Source: an uncultured Candidatus Saccharibacteria bacterium (lineage in GTDB: Bacteria > Patescibacteriota > Doudnabacteria > UBA920). From it: a stretch of DNA of 64,000 nucleotides. This document shows, one piece after another, positions 9,119 through 16,179 of this stretch (position 1 is the stretch's first letter; the number at the start of each line of letters is the position of its first letter). The notes beneath the pieces are model-generated. The model was not told where the DNA came from and made no database searches. It was given only the letters and a program-made list of their open reading frames with translations. Both the position numbers and the translations under genes were made by a program. Location of the stretch: positions 270,846 to 334,845 of the forward strand of contig CAZHIA010000001.1 of the NCBI GenBank assembly GCA_964532425.1. Reading direction: 5' to 3'.

Positions 9119-9247
9119 TGCAGGAGCGGGTTGAGACCCTGCCCCAATGTAGTGCAAGCCCATGGCCTGCCTGTTGAAAGAAAGTTTAGAAAATAGAAAA
9201 ATAGCAAGATGCGTGACCTGTAGGGGCGGGTCGAGACCCGCCCGTCA
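9119..9247 (+). repeat. GTAG-family REP copies (two degenerate, one clear)
   Basis: TGTAGGGGCGGGTCGAGACCCGCCCGTCA at 9219-9247; degenerate copies at 9119 and 9148; same design as the REPs at the RAYT gene. Confidence 0.7.
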
Positions 9248-9367
9248 AGAGATCATTTCCGTGCTTCAAACAATCCTTCCTGGCCAGCCTTGACTTACTC
9301 GGTCATTTTTGATATGATGCCGAGTTACTGTTTTTGATGTCATTTCCAACTTGCAGGAGGATAAGTC

Positions 9368-10606
9368 GTGGGTAAAATCGCAACGTTGTTACTCATCTCA
9401 ATTGCCGCGCTGGCTCAACCGCCGCAGCAGACGAAGTTCAAACCCGAAACAGCTAAAGTGTTGGCCCCGTACAAGGTCCGCGTCGAGGGATTCTCCCAAG
9501 CGGCGCAGCAGGGGACTATCACGAAGGGTCAAGCCGATCAGCTGGTCGCTGTTGAATTACAGGCAGCCACCAAAGCCGCCGGCCAAACCGTAACCGCCGC
9601 CGACCTGGCTGCGCTTCCGGTGACAGACGGTTTGTTGAACGACGGGCAGTATTCCAGTGCCCAGCGCAAAGTGGCCAAAGCCGCAGCTGCACTCACTGGC
9701 TGGCTTTCTTTGGCCAATATCGCCAAGTTCATCGGTGTAGTGCTGGTTGTTATTGCGGTGTGCATTCTGTTTTGGCGTTTTGTCGTATTACTGCTCGAGT
9801 TATTCGTGCTCATCCCTGTCGTGGTCTACGAGTTCATCGCGCATGTCGCGGCGATCACATTCATCATATTCGACAAAGGGTGGGGCGGCGACGGCGTGAA
9901 TCAATATTACGGCCTCTGCGGCTGTCTGGTGGAGAGCGTGGCACTCGGTTATAGCCTCGGCACGCGCACCAAGTCAAAGAACTTGACCGGATTCTTCGCG
10001 ATAATTACGCTGCTCTTCGGCGTTTCGGCTGTGTACTACATGAGCAGCATGCTCGGTTATTTCGCTGTTATCGCGCTGATGTTCACTATGGGATTTTCCG
10101 CCGGCGTCGGTCCGCTCTGCGCTTTTATCGGCTTTAAGGATCATGACGCCCTGTCTCAAGGAACATTGACCGGTTTTACGGTCCTGATCGCCTATGTAAT
10201 TCTTCACGCGATGGGCATCCAGAACCAGTACCTGCAGCTTTACGAACCGGGCGCGCTCTTCATGGGCAGCTTCGTGGGCTACCTCGGGCTCATTATTTTG
10301 GGTTCGAGGTGGTATGACGAGTCGGATTGGCCATACGGGCTTCGGCAGGCACTTGTCATAGTGGCCGGATGTTTCGCCTTGTTTGGCGGCGCGTATCTCC
10401 AGATCCCGGAACTGCAGCGCATCGGCGGCACATTCTTCTGTTTTTGGCTTGCCGAAAAGATAGCTGAGATTGTCTCGATCTTGGACTTGGAAAGCGTTAC
10501 GGGTTACGCGTTCGTCGCGCTGATCATCGGCGGCTCGTTGTGGCGAGCTGGTATTTTTATCACGACACATCAGGAGTTCTTCCGACAGTATACGCTACTG
10601 CCGTAA
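9368..10606 (+). CDS. Multi-pass membrane protein of unknown function
   Basis: GTG start with AGGAGG RBS; about 10 hydrophobic segments; TTGACT...TATGAT promoter upstream. Confidence 0.8.
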   Translation: MGKIATLLLISIAALAQPPQQTKFKPETAKVLAPYKVRVEGFSQAAQQGTITKGQADQLVAVELQAATKAAGQTVTAADLAALPVTDGLLNDGQYSSAQRKVAKAAAALTGWLSLANIAKFIGVVLVVIAVCILFWRFVVLLLELFVLIPVVVYEFIAHVAAITFIIFDKGWGGDGVNQYYGLCGCLVESVALGYSLGTRTKSKNLTGFFAIITLLFGVSAVYYMSSMLGYFAVIALMFTMGFSAGVGPLCAFIGFKDHDALSQGTLTGFTVLIAYVILHAMGIQNQYLQLYEPGALFMGSFVGYLGLIILGSRWYDESDWPYGLRQALVIVAGCFALFGGAYLQIPELQRIGGTFFCFWLAEKIAEIVSILDLESVTGYAFVALIIGGSLWRAGIFITTHQEFFRQYTLLP

Positions 10607-10619
10607 GGACTTTCGCAAA

Positions 10620-10650
10620 CCGGGGAAGGCTTCCTTCCCCGGTCTTTTTT
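10620..10650 (+). terminator. Intrinsic terminator
   Basis: CCGGGGAAGG-ctt-CCTTCCCCGG followed by a T-run. Confidence 0.7.
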
Positions 10651-10738
10651 ATGCCTTGCAAAATTCCGGTTATCCTGTATACTAAGCGGAATGCGCAGAA
10701 TGCGCATTTCTCTGAAAAAACAGAAGACAGGAGGCTGT

Positions 10739-11506
10739 ATGGACTGGTTGGTTAATTGGTCCGTGCTTTTGGTGTTCGGAACCATCGGCTTTTGGGTGGC
10801 TACTGTCGTTGTTGTCACCATCATCGCGCCGTGCGTAATCTTCGACCGGAAGAAGTATACCGGCAGGATTGCGACTATCGCACTGCTCGCGTACCTTACT
10901 GCGCTGGCTTTGATGGGCGGCCCAAACGTTTTCAAGCTCGCACTTCACTACTGGTACCTGGTGCCGGTGGTCGTCGTAGTGCACTTTTTCGCAGGGCGAT
11001 ATTACGCGATCTATGTCCAGTGGAAGCTGCGCCTTTCAGAGCTGAGCGGCCGCTTGGAAGAAGAGATTCGCAAGTTCCTTCGCGAACGCAAGATCGAGGG
11101 TGATGCCATTCCGGCGGATCTGGCAGAAGAATGGCAGCGGCATCTGTCCCGGGTAGACCCTCCCATCGACATTGAACCGGATCCGGATAACTACAAGTAC
11201 GACATCTACTTCTGGATCGGATTTTGGCCGTTAAGCGCGGCGTGGACGCTTTTGAGGGATCCGCTGACACGCGCCGTAAAGCACCTGTACCGCATCTCGT
11301 ATCAACAGATGAAGAAAATGTCTGCCGACGAGTTTGCGAAGGCGAAGCAGAATCTTCCGCCTGCGCCACCGTCTCCGCCTGCGGGCTCATCGAAAAACGG
11401 TCCTGAACCTTCGGGGGGCAGGCCGTATGATCCGGACAATTTAGTCCAGAAGAAGCCGCGCCGCCCTGCGGATACAGGGTCGGGCGAGTTCGTAATCAGC
11501 CGGTAA
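10739..11506 (+). CDS. Hypothetical membrane protein
   Basis: AGGAGG RBS before ATG 10739; 3-4 TM segments, WIGFWPLSAAWTLLRDP motif, Pro-rich tail. Confidence 0.75.
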   Translation: MDWLVNWSVLLVFGTIGFWVATVVVVTIIAPCVIFDRKKYTGRIATIALLAYLTALALMGGPNVFKLALHYWYLVPVVVVVHFFAGRYYAIYVQWKLRLSELSGRLEEEIRKFLRERKIEGDAIPADLAEEWQRHLSRVDPPIDIEPDPDNYKYDIYFWIGFWPLSAAWTLLRDPLTRAVKHLYRISYQQMKKMSADEFAKAKQNLPPAPPSPPAGSSKNGPEPSGGRPYDPDNLVQKKPRRPADTGSGEFVISR

Positions 11507-11623
11507 GTAAAAACCGCGTTCACCGTTTCGGTGGGCGCGGTTCCTTTTATTTTTAACGATAATATCACCTATACTATATTCTATAAATTCTATAATTCTA
11601 CATATAATACATAACATATTTTG

Positions 11624-11667
11624 CACACATTCCATTTTTGTCCGGTCGGACAAAAATGGAATGTGTG
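11624..11667. repeat. Solo copy of palindrome family B
   Basis: CACACATTCCATTTTTGTCCG-gt-CGGACAAAAATGGAATGTGTG, 21-bp perfect arms; core identical to copies at 29984 and 30685. Confidence 0.95.
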
Positions 11668-11712
11668 GGTGATACGGGTAAAAGATTAGAATGAGGAGTT
11701 AAAGAGGAGAGG

Positions 11713-12255
11713 TTATTTGTATCTGAACAACAGTTCTTCCAAAACAGCCTGATACTGTTTCCTTATGGATTCATCGTGGCCCACTTCGAGTACTTCATCG
11801 TTGAGGTTGGTAGCGGACGAAGTCCAGTTAAAGGAACCGGAGGCATAAGCCTTGTCCGTGACGATAGCCTTTAAGTGCATAATAGCCGCATGATCCTGGA
11901 GAACCACGGGAATACCGGCTTTGCGCAAACTGTCGATGATGTCCTTTTGTGAATCGAGTTGTTGGTACTGGGACCGGTCGGAGACGCCGCGGACATCCAG
12001 GCCGCGGTACTTGGCTGCCAGGAGAGCGTCGCGGATATCGGTGCGGGTAAAGGTATAGATGGCAAAGTAGACATACTTGTCCGCATCCTGCGTCAGCTGA
12101 ATGACCTCGCGGTTGAGCTGGTGCTGCTGGTTGTAATAAACTTTTATCTCGCGCTCATGCGCCGGCTTGTATTTGTAATCGTACAAAACCTGGCCGCATA
12201 AACCTAATAGCAGAATGATTACTACTATATAGAGTATGTCGCGCTTGAATTTCAT
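11713..12255 (-). CDS. Phospholipase D family (Nuc-like, single HKD) protein
   Basis: MHLKAIVTD...SGSFNWT..A...NDE = HxKxxxxD...GSxN motif; N-terminal TM. Confidence 0.9.
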   Translation of the reverse strand: MKFKRDILYIVVIILLLGLCGQVLYDYKYKPAHEREIKVYYNQQHQLNREVIQLTQDADKYVYFAIYTFTRTDIRDALLAAKYRGLDVRGVSDRSQYQQLDSQKDIIDSLRKAGIPVVLQDHAAIMHLKAIVTDKAYASGSFNWTSSATNLNDEVLEVGHDESIRKQYQAVLEELLFRYK

Positions 12256-12270
12256 AATAAAATCCAAATT

Positions 12271-12701
12271 TCAAATTCCAAATTTCAAATCAATGACAAA
12301 ATGACCAATGCATCAATTACGGCTTTTTGAAATAATCGTTGAAAATATTAGTACCAACTCGTGGGATTCTTTCCACAGTTGCCTGCATTCTGTTGCTCTG
12401 TCAGGGTTTGCGGTTGCTATCATCCGTGACCAGTGCATAGTCTCTTTGGCTTCCTTTTTGCAAATTCCGAGTTTATGGACAAAATCCTTTCTAGATTCGG
12501 CACCATCTGCTTCCATGTAATTAGCGCCGATGCTTGTGCTTGCTCTAATGAGCTGGCTGATAAGTGGTTTATTAATAGTAGAATCCAAAAGAGTGCGCGC
12601 GAAAATAATACTTTGCTCGCCCAACTTGGCTGTTCTTTCCTGCAAATCAAATGTCACTGTCATATTGGGATTTTGAATTTGATTTGAAATTTGGAATTTG
12701 A
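12271..12701. mobile_element. Four-helix-bundle gene cassette bounded by 23-bp perfect inverted repeats
   Basis: TCAAATTCCAAATTTCAAATCAA (12271-12293) and its exact reverse complement (12679-12701); mobility is inferred, not shown. Confidence 0.6.
12313..12663 (-). CDS. Four helix bundle protein (23S rRNA IVS-protein family)
   Basis: FDLQERT...QLIRASTSIGANYMEA..AESRKDFVHKLGICKKEAKETMHW signature. Confidence 0.92.
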   Translation of the reverse strand: MTVTFDLQERTAKLGEQSIIFARTLLDSTINKPLISQLIRASTSIGANYMEADGAESRKDFVHKLGICKKEAKETMHWSRMIATANPDRATECRQLWKESHELVLIFSTIISKSRN

Positions 12702-12715
12702 TATTTGAAATTAGT

Positions 12716-13147
12716 TTACGTAAACTTCCTAATTTCCTTCTCCGTCTCCCGTTTCTTTATATATTCCCGCTTGTCTGTCTTTTTGCGGGAGCGGCCCATG
12801 CCGATCCGCAATTTCAAAAGACCCCGTCCGGTTTGAAGGATCTCGAGCGGTACGAGGATCAGGCCTTTTTGTCTGCCGATGAGCTGGTCTATCTCTTTCT
12901 TATTGAGCAGTAAATTCCTGGTTTGGGTCGGGTTATAGCCTGGTTGGCGGGCATACGGATAGGGACCGATGTGGCAATTGATCAGTGTTGCGGAGTTGGG
13001 AGAGATGGTTACATAACTGCCGGCCAGCGAGACATTGCCACTTTTGGCAGCTTTAACCTCGGCGCCTGTCAGGACCATGCCTGCCACGAACGTCTCCTGA
13101 ATGTCATAGTCATACCGCGCTCGGCTGTTGTGTGCGAGAGTTTTCAT
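12716..13147 (-). CDS. smpB: SsrA-binding protein
   Basis: NSRARYDYDI.ETFVAGMVLTGAEVK, R.LLL.KKEI, K..DKRE motifs. Confidence 0.96.
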   Translation of the reverse strand: MKTLAHNSRARYDYDIQETFVAGMVLTGAEVKAAKSGNVSLAGSYVTISPNSATLINCHIGPYPYARQPGYNPTQTRNLLLNKKEIDQLIGRQKGLILVPLEILQTGRGLLKLRIGMGRSRKKTDKREYIKKRETEKEIRKFT

Positions 13148-13153
13148 AACCGT

Positions 13154-13173
13154 ATTGTACCATGTGTTATACT
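13154..13173. promoter_or_regulatory. Back-to-back extended -10 promoters (smpB, near-leaderless; PaaX/Cas2-like gene)
   Basis: TGGTACAAT on the minus strand 6 nt before the smpB ATG; TGTTATACT on the plus strand at 13165-13173. Confidence 0.5.
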
Positions 13174-13185
13174 ATGTGTGGAATC

Positions 13186-13223
13186 CAACGTTAATCATCC
13201 GCGGCCGCGGATGATTAACGTTG
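13186..13223. repeat. Palindrome family A, upstream copy
   Basis: CAACGTTAATCATCCGCGG|CCGCGGATGATTAACGTTG, perfect 38-bp palindrome. Confidence 0.95.
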
Positions 13224-13249
13224 TAGACAATTTTATTAAGCTTTTTTAT

Positions 13250-13786
13250 ATGCCAGCTAAGAAAAGCGATTATATGTTGGAGGCTCTGGAGGTGCTATTT
13301 AACATCGGCAGCGAAATGATTCGATCCCTACCGCTACCGCTTGAAACGCCATACGAACATCTCCGTCGCGTGAGAAGTCTTCCGTATAAGACATACTATG
13401 ATTCCATGCACCAGCTCCACAAACGGGGTGTGGTTCGCATTTCGAAAAAGGATGACCGGTATTTTATAGAGTTAACACAGAAAGGCGCTTTGGAGATGCT
13501 GATGGAAAAGGCGGGGATGGATCATCAGGGAGCGTGGGACGGCAAATGGCGTTTGATTATTTTTGATATTCCGGAGAAGGCTCACTTGCAGCGCGATCGG
13601 CTGCGCTGGCTACTTAAAAAGAACGGCTTTATTAAACTACAAGCCAGCGTATTTATAAACCCATACCCGTTCAACCGTCAGGCGATAGCGTATTTGGAGG
13701 AAACCGGGCTGAATAAATATATTCGCATCCTTCGTGTGGACGATATGGGCGATGATAAAATCCTAAAAAAGAAGTTTAACCTGTAA
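13250..13786 (+). CDS. PaaX-like protein: winged HTH + Cas2/VapD-like ferredoxin-fold domain (paralog 1)
   Basis: LHKRGVV...IELTQKG (wHTH wing) then WDGKWRLIIFDIPE...R..LR..L...GF.KLQ.SVFINPY. Start re-placed at ATG 13250 because the longer ORF overlaps smpB. Confidence 0.85.
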   Translation: MPAKKSDYMLEALEVLFNIGSEMIRSLPLPLETPYEHLRRVRSLPYKTYYDSMHQLHKRGVVRISKKDDRYFIELTQKGALEMLMEKAGMDHQGAWDGKWRLIIFDIPEKAHLQRDRLRWLLKKNGFIKLQASVFINPYPFNRQAIAYLEETGLNKYIRILRVDDMGDDKILKKKFNL

Positions 13787-13821
13787 ACGTTGATCGTTCG
13801 CGGCCGCGAACGATTAACGTT
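13786..13821. repeat. Palindrome family A, downstream copy
   Basis: AACGTTGATCGTTCGCGG|CCGCGAACGATTAACGTT, 36 bp with one G-T mismatch; overlaps the stop codon. Confidence 0.95.
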
Positions 13822-13934
13822 GTGGCATTTTGGATGGTTATTGTGTGTTCTGTCCGGGTTAATTTTTGCTGAGTTCTTGGTTTTAGGTTCACTGGTGAAA
13901 CAGGAAGATATTATGCTATAATAACAGGGCATTT

Positions 13935-15740
13935 ATGAAAAGTGAAACACCCAAAAATCTCATCAGCCACTTGCTTTCGAGCGCGCTGGCTAATCTTGAA
14001 TTGACTCCGCACGCAGAGCGGGTCGAACTTACCGTACCCGATCCCAGATTCGGGGATTATTCAACGAACGTAGCCATGCTCCTGGCTAAGCATTTGAAGA
14101 TATCACCGCCGCAGGTCGCGAGTCAGATCATCGAAGAAATTATAAAGATCGACCAGGGCAAGATATTGTCTTCCTGCGAAGCGGCTGGAGGGTTTATTAA
14201 TTTCCGATTGTCGACTTCGCTTTTACTCCAACAACTTTCTGCTATTTTGGAGCAGGGTGATCTGTATGGCTGCAGTATGACGGGCGAAGGTAAAACAGTT
14301 CTTGTTGAATATTTTGCGAACAATGTGGCCAAGCCGCCGCATGTCGGACATTTGCGGAGTGCTGTCATTGGCGATTGCCTATACCGTATTTTAAAGAGCC
14401 AGGGCTATAAAACCATTTCCGATACGCATATCGGCGATTGGGGCGTACAGTTCGGTATACTTTTGTTTGCATATAAGGAGTACATCAAGAACGGCGGCAG
14501 CCGGGAAGTCATTGAGGCTGATCCGATCCAGGAACTGAACAAGCTGTATGTGGCCATGTCGGCGCGCATTGACCAGAATGCATCCTTGCGCGAACTTGGG
14601 AAGGAAGAATTCGTCAGACTGGAAAAAGGCGATGAGGAGAACCGCCAGCTCTGGGAGTGGTTCGTTAAGGTCTCTCTGGAGGATTTTGAACGTTACCGCC
14701 AGCTGCTCGATGTGTTGCCATTCGATCATAATCTGGGTGAGAGTTTTTATGAAGACAAAATGCCGGGTATTATTGAGGATCTGAAAGCCAAAGGTTTGCT
14801 GGTAGAATCCCAGGGTGCCCAGATCGTGAATTTGGAAGACAAAGGTCTCGGTGTGGCTATCGTCATCAAGTCCGACGGTGGTACTACGTATTTGCTGCGG
14901 GACCTTGCTACTGTTAAACACCGCTTGAATGAATTTAAGATCGCGAAGGCGCTCTATGTAGTAGACAACCGGCAGAGCCACCATTTTGACCAGGTGTTCG
15001 AGATCGCTCGCAGGGCCGGGTATTTAACTGAAGGGAATGATATTTGCACCCACGTGGACTTTGGCTTTATGAGCCTGCCGGAAGGCGCGATCTCGACCCG
15101 CAAGGGCACAACGGTGAGCCTGCAGAATTTGGTAGATGAAGCTCAAAAGCGGGCGCTGGAAATTATCCAACAAAAGAATCCGGAACTGGAAAATAAGGAA
15201 GCTGTGGCAAAACTGGTTGCACTTTCGGCCATCAAATACTTTGATTTGTCGCATAACCGCAAGACCGAGATCGTCTTCACCTGGGATAAGGCACTGTCAT
15301 TTGAAGGCAATACCGGGCCGTACTTGCAGTACACGCATGCAAGGATACATGGGATATTGAGGAAATCATATATTATTGGGCGTCATCTTGAGGGAGTGCA
15401 TCCGACCGAAGGATCTCAGGCAGAGATTCTTCATTCCTCGGTTGCACTCGGAATTCAGAATGACGCCGGGTTGAACGAACAGGAGCTTGCCGTTCTTCGC
15501 AAACTCGTCAAATTCCCCGAAACAGTCAAACAGGTCAGCGATGATTATTTGCCGAACCAACTTTGCAACTATCTGTTCGAACTTTCGCAGGTATTCAATC
15601 ATTTCTATGAAGAGTGTCCCGTACTTCAGGAACCGGATGCGACGAAAAAGCATTTCCGGCTGCAGCTTATCCAAGCTACGGCGCAGGTGATTGCGAACGG
15701 GCTGTATTTGCTCGGGATCGAGGCGCCGGAAGAAATGTAG
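13935..15740 (+). CDS. argS: Arginine--tRNA ligase
   Basis: FGDYSTN, NVAKPPHVGHLRS (HIGH), GDWGVQFG, KSDGGTTY, GNTGPYLQYTHAR, LGIEAPEEM. Confidence 0.98.
   Translation: MKSETPKNLISHLLSSALANLELTPHAERVELTVPDPRFGDYSTNVAMLLAKHLKISPPQVASQIIEEIIKIDQGKILSSCEAAGGFINFRLSTSLLLQQLSAILEQGDLYGCSMTGEGKTVLVEYFANNVAKPPHVGHLRSAVIGDCLYRILKSQGYKTISDTHIGDWGVQFGILLFAYKEYIKNGGSREVIEADPIQELNKLYVAMSARIDQNASLRELGKEEFVRLEKGDEENRQLWEWFVKVSLEDFERYRQLLDVLPFDHNLGESFYEDKMPGIIEDLKAKGLLVESQGAQIVNLEDKGLGVAIVIKSDGGTTYLLRDLATVKHRLNEFKIAKALYVVDNRQSHHFDQVFEIARRAGYLTEGNDICTHVDFGFMSLPEGAISTRKGTTVSLQNLVDEAQKRALEIIQQKNPELENKEAVAKLVALSAIKYFDLSHNRKTEIVFTWDKALSFEGNTGPYLQYTHARIHGILRKSYIIGRHLEGVHPTEGSQAEILHSSVALGIQNDAGLNEQELAVLRKLVKFPETVKQVSDDYLPNQLCNYLFELSQVFNHFYEECPVLQEPDATKKHFRLQLIQATAQVIANGLYLLGIEAPEEM
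15379..15467. repeat. Palindromic element lying in-frame inside argS
   Basis: GGCGTCAT...ATGACGCC ends; inner arm pairs GAGTGCATCCGA/TCGGTTGCACTC and GAAGGATCTC/GAGATTCTTC. Confidence 0.8.
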
Positions 15741-15833
15741 GACGCGGATTAGACGCGGATCCGCCAGCTGGCGGAGACTGCGGACGCTGAAATATCGCTG
15801 ATGAAGACTGCAACCGCTGATTTGGCGCTGATC
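15741..15833 (+). repeat. CGCGGAT/CGCTGAT short-unit repeat containing palindrome TCCGCCAGCTGGCGGA
   Basis: GACGCGGAT x2, CGCTGA x4; perfect 16-bp palindrome at 15760-15775. Confidence 0.65.
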
Positions 15834-15866
15834 ATGCATCAATGTTATCTATCTAAGTTAGAGCGT

Positions 15867-16175
15867 ATGACCGATGATTTTTATTGCGAATTTGTTTTGT
15901 CGAACAAAATCGCGGTGCAGAAACTTCACGAAACTGACGAGGTGCTGGCTTTTTACCACACCAAACCGCAGTACAAAGTACATGTTGTTGTTATTCCCAA
16001 AGATCATATTCGGCAGCTCATTGACGTAGAGAATTATTCGGTCATCAGCAAAATCTTTGAAGTGATCGCAGAAACGGTGAGAAAGCTGGGTTTGCAATCA
16101 TTCAGAATTATCACTAATTCCGGCAGTTATCAAGATAGCAAGCATTTACATTTCCATTTAATTTCAGATCAATAA
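15867..16175 (+). CDS. HIT family protein
   Basis: DFYC...HVVVIPKDHI...HLHFHLI histidine triad. Confidence 0.92.
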   Translation: MTDDFYCEFVLSNKIAVQKLHETDEVLAFYHTKPQYKVHVVVIPKDHIRQLIDVENYSVISKIFEVIAETVRKLGLQSFRIITNSGSYQDSKHLHFHLISDQ

Positions 16176-16179
16176 ACAT

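Noticed and set aside
12313-12663. DGR accessory protein Avd / diversity-generating retroelement
   Set aside because: No reverse transcriptase and no TR/VR pair differing at adenines was seen
12923-13249. N-terminal 109 codons of the 287-aa ORF call
   Set aside because: Antisense overlap with smpB and runs through the promoter and palindrome; the real start is more plausibly 13250 or 13274
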